From positions 416,001-480,000 of the forward strand of contig CAWDYC010000003.1 in assembly GCA_963806535.1 (NCBI GenBank): a DNA stretch of 64,000 nucleotides, given 5' to 3'. A program made the translations under genes and the position numbers. This stretch comes from Candidatus Bathyarchaeota archaeon. Its GTDB lineage: Archaea; Thermoproteota; Bathyarchaeia; Bathyarchaeales; Bathycorpusculaceae. Below the pieces are notes generated by a model, which did no database searches, was not told the DNA's origin, and was given only the letters and a program-made list of their open reading frames with translations. Of this stretch, positions 51,070 through 60,941 are shown piece after piece; position 1 is the first letter of the stretch, and each line of letters starts with the position of its first letter.

Positions 51070-52571
51070 TCAAAGGAATCCTTTAAATTTCCTCGCTACA
51101 GCATCAACTATTCTTAGTTCAATTGGAAAACTAAAGTTCCTTTTTTTCCATCTGTATTTAGCAATTCTATTCAAAATAGTGTATGCAAACTTGTAAGTAA
51201 TAGCGCGCTCCCTGATTCGGGATTCTGGATAAAATGCCAGACGAGTAACAGCGGAAATAGTATGTAACTTTTCCACTTGGGCTTTGCTATGCCAAGGTGG
51301 ATCAAAATGGAAAACTTGAATGTTTCCCCAGTCTTCAAGCGACTGAGGGGATTCATATTGTCCAGATAAAAGATCCATAACTGGACTGGGAAACGGAGTA
51401 TAAACAAATATACCATAATGTTGTGTCTTAGGATTTACCTCTGACATTTTATCCATTAAATTGAAAGTCTGGTTCAAGTCTTCATCAGTTTCGCCTGGGA
51501 GACCACTCATCCAAGATACATACGGCTCAATAGAAGGTGCCCATCGACGGAGATTCGCAACTGATTCCAACATTTGATTTGCCGTAACATCTTTACAGAT
51601 AAGCCGTTGCAACCGATCTGAACCTGACTCGCCACCAAAATCCAACTCAACACATCCAGATTTCTACCAAAAGCTCAAGAAAATCTTTATTATAAGTAGA
51701 AAGGTAATCAAATCGGCAGTTACCACGCCATTGAATCCCGAGTTTGCGATCTAAAATTCCGTGGCATATTTCTTCGACACGTTTTTTGTCAACAAAAACA
51801 TTATCGTCGATTGGGTCAATTATTCTTACATTAGGAAACTTGGTCAATATGTATTCGATTTCGTCTAGCACTCGTTTTGCACTTTTGGCTCTCCATTTAT
51901 TTTTGTTAAAGTAGCTGTTATAGCAGAACCCGCATCTGTGAGGACAACCTCGGCTTGTTTGGATATGAAAGCGACCTGATTTAACTGATGGATACTTGTC
52001 CATTTGGAGCAAATCATAGGGCAAAGCTATCGGTTCTGCGTCCAAATCTATGATTTTCCCGTCTGGGTTATTTTTGATTAAACCATTTGAGTTGTAAGTT
52101 ATTCCTGAAACGTTATCGAGCGGCTCGATTTAACGCAAGTGCATTCGCTAAGTCTTTAATTATTAATTCTCCTTCCCCTCGGACAACAATATCAACATAG
52201 TCGTTGCATGCTGTTTGCTCAGGCAACAATGTCGGGTGAATACCTCCCCAAACAAGAAGAGATGACGGAGCCTGTATTCTCGCATGGCGGGCAAATTCTA
52301 AGGCATACTTGATTTGCAATCCACTCATGCAACTTATACCTACAAAAATTGGGTTTCCGACTTCAAAATGACGATAATCTTCAAGTCGCATATCAAAAAT
52401 GCGAACCGTAAAACCTTCTTCCTGAAGTGAAGCGGCTAAGTATAAAAGTGAAAGAGGAATCTGAGGGTCAGGCGCTTTGAACTTTCCTGGAAAAACGAGC
52501 AAAACATCCTTTCTATTATTTCCAGTATGTATACTGCAGAATTGGGACAAACATGTTTGAGGACTGAACAC
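51070..52571 (-). CDS. B12-binding radical SAM protein; +1 frameshifts near 52127 and 51663 (start uncertain)
   Basis: PLSLLYLAA, WGGIHPT, VRGEGE; TSRGCPHRCGFC CxxxCxxC; GGESGS, GLPGET. Confidence 0.88.
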
Positions 52572-52723
52572 GCCAAAAAAAACCTCGTAGTAAACTAGTT
52601 TGATTAGGCTTTTTTAATCTTTCCTAATTTTGAACATCAGTACTATAATCATTTTAAAGAGCAATAAGCTTAGAAAAGTATGTGTTAAAGAATTAAAGAA
52701 AAAAGCAAAAAATGAAAACAGGT

Positions 52724-53128
52724 TTATTTTAGCGGCACATACATTGATGAACGTGATGCACCAATACCTGGCGTACCATGTCTAACAGGCTTGTTAGTTA
52801 TGGCAAATTCTCCGAGGTAATGCCCAATCATTTCTGGCTTGATTTCCATTGCAACAAATTCTTTGCCGTTGTGCACTTGAATTTTTACGCTCACCATTTC
52901 AGGTAGTATAATAAGGTCGCGAACGTGCGTTTTGATGCTGGCTTCTTTGCCCTGTTTTTGTTCTTCTTTGGCTTCCCGCAGTTTTTCCAGCAGTATGCGT
53001 TGTTCCGGAGTTAAGCCTCGCTGTAAACTTCTTCGTTGGCGTGAAGGAAGCAGATTTATGAATTCATCCATAGACATTCCTGTCAAACTGATCAAGCTGT
53101 GTCCGCGGTAACTAAATTCTTTAGGCAT
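52724..53128 (-). CDS. rps19p: 30S ribosomal protein S19
   Basis: FSYRG, KTHVRD.IILPEM, HNGKEF, GHYLGEF. Confidence 0.96.
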   Translation of the reverse strand: MPKEFSYRGHSLISLTGMSMDEFINLLPSRQRRSLQRGLTPEQRILLEKLREAKEEQKQGKEASIKTHVRDLIILPEMVSVKIQVHNGKEFVAMEIKPEMIGHYLGEFAITNKPVRHGTPGIGASRSSMYVPLK

Positions 53129-53181
53129 TTTTCATCTTCACCTTAAACTTATTTTAAACGCTATAAACCTTCTGCCAAGCC

Positions 53182-53922
53182 CTAACGAATTGCTCGTTTC
53201 TTCTTTTGTCCTGGGCCTCGAGCTGCGATTAAGCCGACTTTTTGTCCTGGTGGAGCGCCGTGTGAAGTTGTTGTGCATCTGCGAGAGCTTCGTTTGCTGC
53301 TACCGTATGGGTGGCATGCTGGAACCATTTTGCGTCCGCTAACTCTAGGATACTTGTGACCTTTAGCTTTCATTAAATGGAACATCGAACCTGCTTTAAG
53401 GAAAGGCTTATCAATTCTTCCGGCGGCAGAAACTACACCTACAGTTGTTAAGCAGTAATCATCCACATATCGTGTTCTTCCGGAGGGCAATCGAATCATT
53501 GTACCTTGTGGAGTGTGACCAACTACAGTTGCGTAAGTGCCTGAAGCCTTTGCTATTTTTCCGCCATCGCCCGGACGAAGCTCTAGATCGCAAACTATGG
53601 TTCCTTCAGGTACTTTTCCTAAAGGAATAATGTTGCCTATTTCAGCCGGAGCTTTTCCGCCGTATAAGATTTGTTGCCCAATAGAGATGCCTTCAGGGGC
53701 AGTTGTGTAACATGATAAGCCATTTTCAAATTTAACCAATGATAAAGGTGCTCCGCTACCGGGATTGTGCATAAGAGCTTCAATTTTGCCCGTTAAGGAA
53801 GCTTCAAAAGATAGTTTGGGCGCCATTATTGGATATTTTGCAGGCGCAACACGTTTGTGAGTCGAAGCGCGCCAGTTTTGGCCACCGCGACCGCGTCTTT
53901 GAACACGAATTCGTTTTCCCAT
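53182..53922 (-). CDS. rpl2p: 50S ribosomal protein L2
   Basis: MGKRIRVQRRG, RPGDGG, LPSG, PPGQKVGLIAAR. Confidence 0.96.
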   Translation of the reverse strand: MGKRIRVQRRGRGGQNWRASTHKRVAPAKYPIMAPKLSFEASLTGKIEALMHNPGSGAPLSLVKFENGLSCYTTAPEGISIGQQILYGGKAPAEIGNIIPLGKVPEGTIVCDLELRPGDGGKIAKASGTYATVVGHTPQGTMIRLPSGRTRYVDDYCLTTVGVVSAAGRIDKPFLKAGSMFHLMKAKGHKYPRVSGRKMVPACHPYGSSKRSSRRCTTTSHGAPPGQKVGLIAARGPGQKKKRAIR

Positions 53923-53944
53923 AAGTCATGCCTTCTAAATTATT

Positions 53945-54205
53945 TTATAGTATTCCGAGTTTAATTGCGACGTCTGAAGCTTTGAATTCAGGTGTAAGTT
54001 TCACAAATGCTTTTTTTACGCCTTGTGGAGTGACAAGCAGGTTTACTTTTCGTACTTTAACTTCATAGAGTTCTTCAACTGCTTTTTTGATGTCACTTTT
54101 TCCTGCTTTCAAATTAACAATGAAAATGAGTTTGTTGTCTCTTTCAACCATTAAGCTGGCGGATTCCGTCATTAATGGGAATGAAATTACTTCGTTGGCG
54201 TCCAT
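53945..54205 (-). CDS. rpl23p: 50S ribosomal protein L23
   Basis: PLMTES, NKLIFIV, KKAFVKL. Confidence 0.96.
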   Translation of the reverse strand: MDANEVISFPLMTESASLMVERDNKLIFIVNLKAGKSDIKKAVEELYEVKVRKVNLLVTPQGVKKAFVKLTPEFKASDVAIKLGIL

Positions 54206-54999
54206 TATGCTTTTTCTCCTTTACTGTAAATTTTCTCTAATGATTCAATTGCGCTATTTGACCATAGCGTTAATCTTCCTGGATGAGTCCCTGGTGCTAA
54301 CATTTCTGTATTGAGATTAGCAACCGAAGTAACTTGAACACCTGGAACGTTACATGCTGCACCAGCTAAGCCTTTACCGTTAACCACAACAATTAGTGGA
54401 CCAACAGCTTGCTTCATTTTTCTACCTCTGTGCTTGCCTTTGCCTGCGCGGATTTTGCGGCTGTTTCTCACTCGAGTGATATCTTCCATAATGCCTAAAC
54501 TTGTGAATGCTGCCTCAACGTCTTTAACTTTTGTTAAGCCTTCGATAGCATCATCAACTATCAAGGGTATCTGAATTGCATTCTCGATCTTGTGACCGCG
54601 TAAAGCCACTGTATCTTTTTGTGCGGTGGCTGCAATTGCTGAGAATAATGCCAGTTTAGCTTCTTTCTTTGGAATGCTTTTTAGGATTTTCTTTTCGGCT
54701 CTTGGAGGGTGAGGTTGTCTTCCTTTTACTGTACCTGGTGCAAAAGCTGCTCTTCCACTGCCGCCTTTTATGCGGGGGATTCTTGCGGTTCCGCTGCCTG
54801 TTCCACGTGATTCTGCAGTTGTTCTTTTTCCAGCCATTGGGTCTCTGCCTTGCGGTTGTATCCTGCTGGATTGTATGGCCAAGACTGCTCTTTTTATCAC
54901 ATCTGGTCTTAACGGAGTTGAGAAAATGTTTGGAAGCTTTGTTTTTCCAGTTGATTTTCCTTGTAAGTCAAAGATTTCTGCGTTTTTTTGTTCTGGCAT
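54205..54999 (-). CDS. rpl4p: 50S ribosomal protein L4
   Basis: RPDVI, AESRGTG..ARIPR, IRAGKGK.RGR, LAPGTHPGRLTLW. Confidence 0.96.
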   Translation of the reverse strand: MPEQKNAEIFDLQGKSTGKTKLPNIFSTPLRPDVIKRAVLAIQSSRIQPQGRDPMAGKRTTAESRGTGSGTARIPRIKGGSGRAAFAPGTVKGRQPHPPRAEKKILKSIPKKEAKLALFSAIAATAQKDTVALRGHKIENAIQIPLIVDDAIEGLTKVKDVEAAFTSLGIMEDITRVRNSRKIRAGKGKHRGRKMKQAVGPLIVVVNGKGLAGAACNVPGVQVTSVANLNTEMLAPGTHPGRLTLWSNSAIESLEKIYSKGEKA

Positions 55000-55010
55000 G
55001 GTTTTTCATC

Positions 55011-56024
55011 CTATTTTCCTTGTGGGGACTCGAGAGACACATATGTAACTTGTGGTGGGACCTCTGGGATTTCTGTGGGTGGACGTGCTGGAACACGCAA
55101 GCGGATTTGGCGTTTTTCCGTACCTGGAATACTACCTTCAAGTAGTATGTATGGGCCTTTTACTTCGCCATATCGGATGTATCCGCCTTTAACGGTTACT
55201 TCTTTGCCGTCTTTGCCGATTTTTAAAATGCGTTTATTAAATTCTATGCGTTGGTGATAACCCATTTGGCCTGCTCTTGGAATAGAGTACATTAAGTGAT
55301 GTGGATTCCATGGTCCTAAAGTGGCGATTCCACGTTTTGTTTTTCTGCCTTTATGCTGCAGACAAGTTACGCCCCAACGTTTAACTGGACCTTGGAAGCC
55401 TTTTCCAACAGTAATTCCGCCAATGTCAATGTATTGTCCATCTTTGAATACTTCTTCAGGCGCTATCGTTTTGCCTAAAAGTTGTTTAGCATATTCAAAT
55501 TGCTGCGGAATTGTGCCTCCGCCGATTTGAATTTCGCAAACTTCAGGTTTTTTCTTTGAAAGGCTAGTTTGAGAAGGTTGTGTTGCTGTGATAATCCGAA
55601 TGAAGCTTGTTAGGTCAAGGTTTTTCTGGATTTTTTCAAGCATGGCTTCGGTGTTGAAGCTTTCCGGAAGAACCAACAGTCGGTCTAGAATCGCTGGAGG
55701 ATCTTTCATCCATGCTTCTCCAATGTTTTGGAGCCCGTATGGTGTTTTTGTGTAAGTTCTAATGCCACATGCAATGATTGGTGGCGTTTCTAGTATGGTT
55801 ACTGCTCGCACAACTTCTTTACCAAAATTAGGTGAACGTTTACGATCTTCAATAGTGAAGACGTATGTCATGCCTGCTTTGTAGGCTGAAAAACCTAAAA
55901 GTTTAGGAGAATCAGATTTGATTTTTGGCCAAAATCGGATTCGTGCAGTTGGTTTCTTGGCGCGTTTCCTAGGTAAATAAGCAAGTGAACCATGCTTTGG
56001 AGCGTGAGTTTTACGATGTCCCAT
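55011..56024 (-). CDS. rpl3p: 50S ribosomal protein L3
   Basis: PKHGSLAYLPRKR, YKAGMT, GKGFQGPVKRWG, RAGQMGYHQR. Confidence 0.97.
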   Translation of the reverse strand: MGHRKTHAPKHGSLAYLPRKRAKKPTARIRFWPKIKSDSPKLLGFSAYKAGMTYVFTIEDRKRSPNFGKEVVRAVTILETPPIIACGIRTYTKTPYGLQNIGEAWMKDPPAILDRLLVLPESFNTEAMLEKIQKNLDLTSFIRIITATQPSQTSLSKKKPEVCEIQIGGGTIPQQFEYAKQLLGKTIAPEEVFKDGQYIDIGGITVGKGFQGPVKRWGVTCLQHKGRKTKRGIATLGPWNPHHLMYSIPRAGQMGYHQRIEFNKRILKIGKDGKEVTVKGGYIRYGEVKGPYILLEGSIPGTEKRQIRLRVPARPPTEIPEVPPQVTYVSLESPQGK

Positions 56025-56262
56025 AGTACTTCCGCTTCGCGCCTTCAGCTAATAGTAAATTAAGTTATAAACGTTACCATTAGAAAAGAGAAAGCAAGCT
56101 ATGTTTTGGAAAGCAAGTGATTTTTAGCTTTCTATATTCAAATTGACTATGTTTTATTTCCATTAATATTTTGCGGTCAGATTTTTTATATGCTATGCTT
56201 TGTTTCGGTCTCGTTTATTGCTGGAAACGTTTTTACACCGCAGACACAATCGTTGTATTCAA

Positions 56263-56387
56263 GCCGGGGTGGCGGAGTGGTTATCGCGCTAGCCTCGAGA
56301 TCTAACAAAAGAGGGCTAAAGCCAGAAAAGGCAAGACAGCTAGTGGGCTTCGCGCCCGCAGGGGTTCGAATCCCTTCCCCGGCGCCA
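56263..56387 (+). tRNA. tRNA-Ser(CGA) with 38-nt intron (56300-56337) at position 37/38, long variable arm, CCA encoded
   Basis: GCCGGGG/CCCCGGC acceptor, CTAGC/GCTAG anticodon stem split by intron, GGGC-TTCGC-GCCC variable arm, TTCGAAT T-loop. Confidence 0.9.
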
Positions 56388-56422
56388 TCAACATTCAATT
56401 GGACAAACCCCCGGTGGTCGGG

Positions 56423-57730
56423 TTATTTGGGTTTTCTGAAGATTTTTCCTTTATCGTAGTCGCAGACAAACTGGAATCCTCCTTCTAAGCAGTTTGCATG
56501 CTTCTTCAAGCGTCCAAGCAACTTTAACGACGATAGTCTTGCTCGCCGAAATCTACGAGTTGGGTGTAGCTCATCGTGTTTTTGATGTTTTTGTGGCCGA
56601 GCAGTCGCATGACGTGGAGGATGTCTTTGGTTTTATGGTATTCCATCGTTGCTTTCCAGTGCCTCAAGTGTGTGGAAGGTTATTCCTCCAAGTCTTGGGT
56701 TTTTGCTTGTTGATACTGCGATTTTTCTGCTGCGCTCGAAGAGTCTGGCTGTGGTTTTTAGGTTTGTTCCACCGAAGACGTATTTTGACGTTTTTGGTAG
56801 GTCCATCAAGCGTTCTATGAGTCTTTGAGAGAGCTTTGAGCATTCTGGGGTTGCTGTGTTTCTCGGGAGTTATTCTCACGGTTCTGTTTTCTTTGTCTAT
56901 GTCAGTCCATTCGAGTTTCCATGCTTCGCCACATCGTGCGCCTGTTTCCTTGAGTAGCTAACGAATGTTCCTGTCTTTAGTCCGCATGCGGCAATTAGGT
57001 AGTCGATTTCGCTTTCTGTTGGAATGAATGGTAGTTTTTCGACGGCTCTGTATCTCGGTGGATTCCATGTTCCGCCCACGCAAAGTAGGTAGTTGCTGTA
57101 GCATTCGACAATTATTTCCTTACGTCCTAAGTCACCAGCTGTCTTTTTTGGCGATTATTTCTTTGATTGCTTCGGGTCGTCCAAGTTGGAGTTTTTTGCA
57201 AGGAACTTTATGATTTTGACTCTGTCAAAGATTGTTGATTCGGCGTAGCCTTGCTTTTTTAGCCATAGCAGATAGTTTACGACTTTTTCGGGGATGTTTG
57301 CGCTTATCTGCAGCTGTATTGTTTCGTTTCTCCGCAGAAACCTGTTTCTTTGAGTTTCTGCAACCAAATTTTTCGTCTCCTTGACGCATATTTGGCTAGA
57401 AGTAACTATGTCGTTTCCGCTTTTTAATGACTTTGATTCAATCCTTTCAAGACGTTCAAACGTGCTCCGAGCTTTTGCGACATCTTGAGGGTCGGAAAAT
57501 CTGCGCCCACAATCACGACAGTACCAGCGTTGAATTTCATCTCCAAGTTTTGTGTAGCGTTTGGCATCTCGCCAGACCTTCTTGCTGCTACATCGAGGAC
57601 AAGAAGGCGATTTAGCCGGAATATCATCTGGTTGAGGCTCCAGGCCAAGTGCAGCAAATTCAGAAGCTGCATTGGCAGCCGCCCGTCTCAGTTCTTCTTT
57701 TGGCAGCTTTTCTTCCATGGCCTCACCCAT
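56423..57730 (-). CDS. Tyrosine recombinase/integrase with N-terminal zinc ribbon; ~7 indels (errors or decay)
   Basis: Stitched: CPRC..CRDC; KLPFIPTESEID; ETGARCGEA; FHTLRHWKAT; LLGHKNIKNTMSY; IFRKPK*. Confidence 0.85.
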
Positions 57731-57732
57731 AT

Positions 57733-58065
57733 TTACTTAGCTCCGTATACCCAAATATCCCTCGCGCAGTACAACTGAGCCTTTTCCGGGGTTTTGCAAC
57801 AATGATTACGATTTGCAAGAACATCAAGCGGTGTCCCCTCAAATTCGACAGCCTTGTCGAAACATAGGTAACGATTTGAAAGCGGTATTATCCAGAACCG
57901 GTAAACAAGTCGCCAATCAAAATTACGATTTTTCAAAACCTGAAATTCAGCGGGTTTTAGCGGTTTTTCCAAGTGACGATTTGCAGCCATACCTCTTGTG
58001 TGCAAAAAGGTGCAATTTCTCGCAATGCCGCAGTAACGATTCTCAGGAAGGTTAAGGTCTACCAT
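57733..58065 (-). CDS. Hypothetical element protein (may contain indels)
   Basis: 110-aa ORF in tight operon spacing; no motif recognised. Confidence 0.45.
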   Translation of the reverse strand: MVDLNLPENRYCGIARNCTFLHTRGMAANRHLEKPLKPAEFQVLKNRNFDWRLVYRFWIIPLSNRYLCFDKAVEFEGTPLDVLANRNHCCKTPEKAQLYCARDIWVYGAK

Positions 58066-58270
58066 TTAGAACCTCCCGAAACTTATTGAGCTCTTCTATA
58101 TCCTCTAAAAGGGTTGCTGGCGGTTGGCTCCGAAGTTGAGGGACCTGGTTTTGAAGTATTCTTTGGCGCCGGAATTGTGCCACTCTATGACGAGTACAAC
58201 AGAAACGGGCTTTGCTGTTTTTTGCAGTAAAGGGCTGGTCACAATAACAGCATTGTTTCTCCTTATTCAT
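58052..58270 (-). CDS. Small Cys-rich zinc-finger protein
   Basis: CCYCDQPFTAKNSKARFCCTRHRVAQFR; start overlaps upstream stop. Confidence 0.65.
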   Translation of the reverse strand: MNKEKQCCYCDQPFTAKNSKARFCCTRHRVAQFRRQRILQNQVPQLRSQPPATLLEDIEELNKFREVLNGRP

Positions 58271-60140
58271 CAGAAGCCTCCTTCGCTTCATTGCTACTTA
58301 GTTTGCTGGAAATTTTGACTCCGCAGGATCCGCAAAGAAACCCCCATGAATCGTCAAATAGCGTGATCTGCCAATCCGGCCTGCCTTTGACGCCGCATCC
58401 AGCACAGCTTTCAGTCCCAAAATCCATAGTCAACCGACAAACACTCTTAGCTTTAGCAGCTAACTCTTCAAGAGTAAAGCCTGCGGACAAGTGGACAAGT
58501 GGGACAACTTCCTCAGGTGCCTGTGGTTGTTTTTCAGTTTCATTAGTTTGCAAATTAGGCTCTGTTTGTGAAAATAACGGTTCTTCACCGACTTGATTTT
58601 GAGGTTTTTCATCGCCGGCACCATTGAAACTTGTTTTTGTTGTCCACTTGTCCGCATTTTCCTGTGAAGATACCTCAGCTTTTCCTACTTCCAAGGTACT
58701 ATCAAGATCAGGCAGTTTGTTTGCTAAAAGGCAACCATACTTTTTGGCTATGCGCTTGAGCTTCTCATTATCAAAAGAATAGACCCTATCATTATCATGC
58801 CCCTGAGCTTTTGTTTTCTTTCCCCCTAATACTTCACGAAGTCTATAGCCAACTTTTTGCTTTGTTACTTCACCAAACTCAGGCGTATCCATCTTGTTAG
58901 GTTTTTTATCGTCGAGTTTTCCCCCAAGGTCTTTATCTAACCGGTCCCATAAATCAGAGAAGACAAGTGGCTGATCGGGCACAAAAAGCTCGCAAACCAC
59001 TTTAACAATATGACCTTCTAAGGTGTTGATTTTCTCGTTCAGCCGCTCCTTCTGCAGTGCCTCCAACTGTGCCCTAAGATCCTTCTCAACCGTTAGTCCA
59101 TAAACAACTTGGATTATCGGCTTCCAAAGCTCTTTAAGTCGTCCTTTAACAGGCAATTCAATTTCGGGTAATTCGTTCTCTTTGGTAACCAGGCGCCATT
59201 TCAACAAAATGTTTCTTAGTTCTCTTAGGCGTGCCTCGTCTTCCTTATTTAGATCGGCCCAGTCCTTTCTTGGGTATCCTTCAGTCATGGATATGAAAAT
59301 GAAGCGTTCAAGCAGACCTTTTACTCGGGGTATCTCTTCAGCTGCACAGCCTTTCAAGCAGAAGACGCGGAAGTATTTGATGAACCGTTTGTTTTGGGTG
59401 ATCATTGTTCTTGGGACGACGGCGCCTTGCTTGTAGCCTGCCTTGTAGATTTTGGCTTTGTCTAAGTCTTTGTAGAGGCCTTGCGCTTCATCCTCAAGGA
59501 TTGTTCCAGGGCTATCGGAATCCTCTAAGTAACCGTAAACGTCAGCGGAAGGGATTGTTACGCCCAGCATTGGTCTGTAGCATAGCCAGTTGAGCAGGCT
59601 TAAGGCAACTGTTTTACCACTTTCGTTATCGCCCACAAAATAAACGTAGGGGACTGTTCGCAACTTTTCTTGTTGGTAGCTGAGAAGAACGAATGCTGCC
59701 AAGTAATCCTTCCAGATTGACTCTAGATCTAAGAAGAGGTTGAATTCGGCTCTGACTTTCCAGAACAGCTCCTCGCGGTTAGGTGGAGATCCCTCGTAAT
59801 AACTATAAGGTTCATACGGGAACTCGTTTGGATATTCTTTCGGTAAGAATTGTTCTTGTTCAGCGGTTACTTCTTCTATTATTTTGAACTCGGTTTTGTT
59901 TATAGTTAAGAAGGCAGGTTTAGAGTTGTAATAGATGGATTCATAATAGCCCTGCTCGGCATGGCCGGATGCTTTGTGGAGTTTTTGCTTTTCTTTGCCT
60001 TTGGGGTAGAAATCGTCGCACGCCGGATCCGTTATCAGAACAACGCCTCTAATAATGGCATCGTAATATGTGCAGTGACTGCCTTTCACTTTCCAATTAG
60101 CGCAATCACGACATTTCTTGCCCTTTCCTCTCTCAGCCAT
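58263..60140 (-). CDS. P-loop NTPase, putative element replication/helicase-like protein with terminal Zn fingers
   Basis: YFVGDNESGKT Walker A, TILEDE Walker B, KAGYKQG, LLERFI; CRDC..C..C and CAGC..CGSC. Confidence 0.75.
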   Translation of the reverse strand: MAERGKGKKCRDCANWKVKGSHCTYYDAIIRGVVLITDPACDDFYPKGKEKQKLHKASGHAEQGYYESIYYNSKPAFLTINKTEFKIIEEVTAEQEQFLPKEYPNEFPYEPYSYYEGSPPNREELFWKVRAEFNLFLDLESIWKDYLAAFVLLSYQQEKLRTVPYVYFVGDNESGKTVALSLLNWLCYRPMLGVTIPSADVYGYLEDSDSPGTILEDEAQGLYKDLDKAKIYKAGYKQGAVVPRTMITQNKRFIKYFRVFCLKGCAAEEIPRVKGLLERFIFISMTEGYPRKDWADLNKEDEARLRELRNILLKWRLVTKENELPEIELPVKGRLKELWKPIIQVVYGLTVEKDLRAQLEALQKERLNEKINTLEGHIVKVVCELFVPDQPLVFSDLWDRLDKDLGGKLDDKKPNKMDTPEFGEVTKQKVGYRLREVLGGKKTKAQGHDNDRVYSFDNEKLKRIAKKYGCLLANKLPDLDSTLEVGKAEVSSQENADKWTTKTSFNGAGDEKPQNQVGEEPLFSQTEPNLQTNETEKQPQAPEEVVPLVHLSAGFTLEELAAKAKSVCRLTMDFGTESCAGCGVKGRPDWQITLFDDSWGFLCGSCGVKISSKLSSNEAKEASDE

Positions 60141-60170
60141 GACAAGCTCCTCTTGAAAGAATGCTCTTGG

Positions 60171-60536
60171 TTAGTTCTTGGGTTTGAGTTTCTGCCGGTA
60201 AATTTTGTCTTCGCCGTAGAGCCAATAGCTGAACTGGTAGCCTTCTCCCTGATAGCGTTCTTTGATCGTTGCGTTGCTGCTTCTCAGAATGTTGTAAGCG
60301 CTTTGCCACTTTTCTTGCGGATTGCTCGCTTTTTGAGCGATTTCGTAGTCGCCTAGTTTTGCGCCTTTTTGGGCTTCAAACCGCATGGTAGTAAAGTTTA
60401 GTTCCAGAACGGCAGCAGCTGTTTCTTTTGTTTTTGCTTTGGGCGGCGCCATGTTTTCCAGGTATTCGTTTGCTGCATCTGCTATCATTAGACTTGCATC
60501 TCTTAGCTTAACAAGGAATTCCACTTGTTTGTCCAT
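60171..60536 (-). CDS. Hypothetical element protein
   Basis: 121 aa with GGAGG RBS; YSYWLY-like motif FSYWLYGEDKIYRQKLK. Confidence 0.7.
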   Translation of the reverse strand: MDKQVEFLVKLRDASLMIADAANEYLENMAPPKAKTKETAAAVLELNFTTMRFEAQKGAKLGDYEIAQKASNPQEKWQSAYNILRSSNATIKERYQGEGYQFSYWLYGEDKIYRQKLKPKN

Positions 60537-60540
60537 GCCG

Positions 60541-60693
60541 TTAAGCCTCCATTTCGGTAGGGTCTATCTTTTTTTGTTTATGCTCGTATTCTTCTAGATG
60601 CTCATCGATGACTTCGTAGGCTACTTCGCGGGCTATGGACCTTATTAGCTCTGTTAGCTTTGCTCGATCATTTTTGGGTTCATTGGAAGTCAT
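60541..60693 (-). CDS. 50-aa hypothetical protein (not in ORF track)
   Basis: MTSNEPKNDRAKLTELIRSIAREVAYEVIDEHLEEYEHK...; GGAGG RBS, ATGA overlap with upstream gene. Confidence 0.6.
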   Translation of the reverse strand: MTSNEPKNDRAKLTELIRSIAREVAYEVIDEHLEEYEHKQKKIDPTEMEA

Positions 60694-60869
60694 GCGTTTT
60701 CCTCCATGCCCTGCGAGGTTTCTGCTTTTGACTTGTTTAGAAATTCGTTTAGCGCCGCCCTGATAACTTGGCTTAAGTTCTTGAACTTCCTTTTTCGGAT
60801 CAGCTCTTCCATCTCTTCTTTTTCATTAGAGGCTAATCTTAAAGCAATTCTGCAATTGTAATGGTTCAA
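60690..60869 (-). CDS. Ribbon-helix-helix (CopG-like) regulator, 59 aa (not in ORF track)
   Basis: MNHYNCRIALRLASNEKEEMEELIRKRKFKNLSQVIRAALNEFL; TTG start with GGTG RBS. Confidence 0.75.
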   Translation of the reverse strand: MNHYNCRIALRLASNEKEEMEELIRKRKFKNLSQVIRAALNEFLNKSKAETSQGMEENA

Positions 60870-60941
60870 TTTTTTACACCTTCGTTTGCCGATTGTTTAA
60901 ATGAATGTCAGACGGATAGGGGGTATTCTTCGGTGAGAGAG

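Noticed and set aside
56300-56337. Two nested introns in tRNA-Ser
   Set aside because: Alternative registers did not give valid BHB motifs; a single 37/38 intron yields a normal 87-nt tRNA
56186-56459. ORFs 56186-56398 and 56190-56459 (also 20086-20274 and 20174-20368)
   Set aside because: Artefacts overlapping tRNA genes
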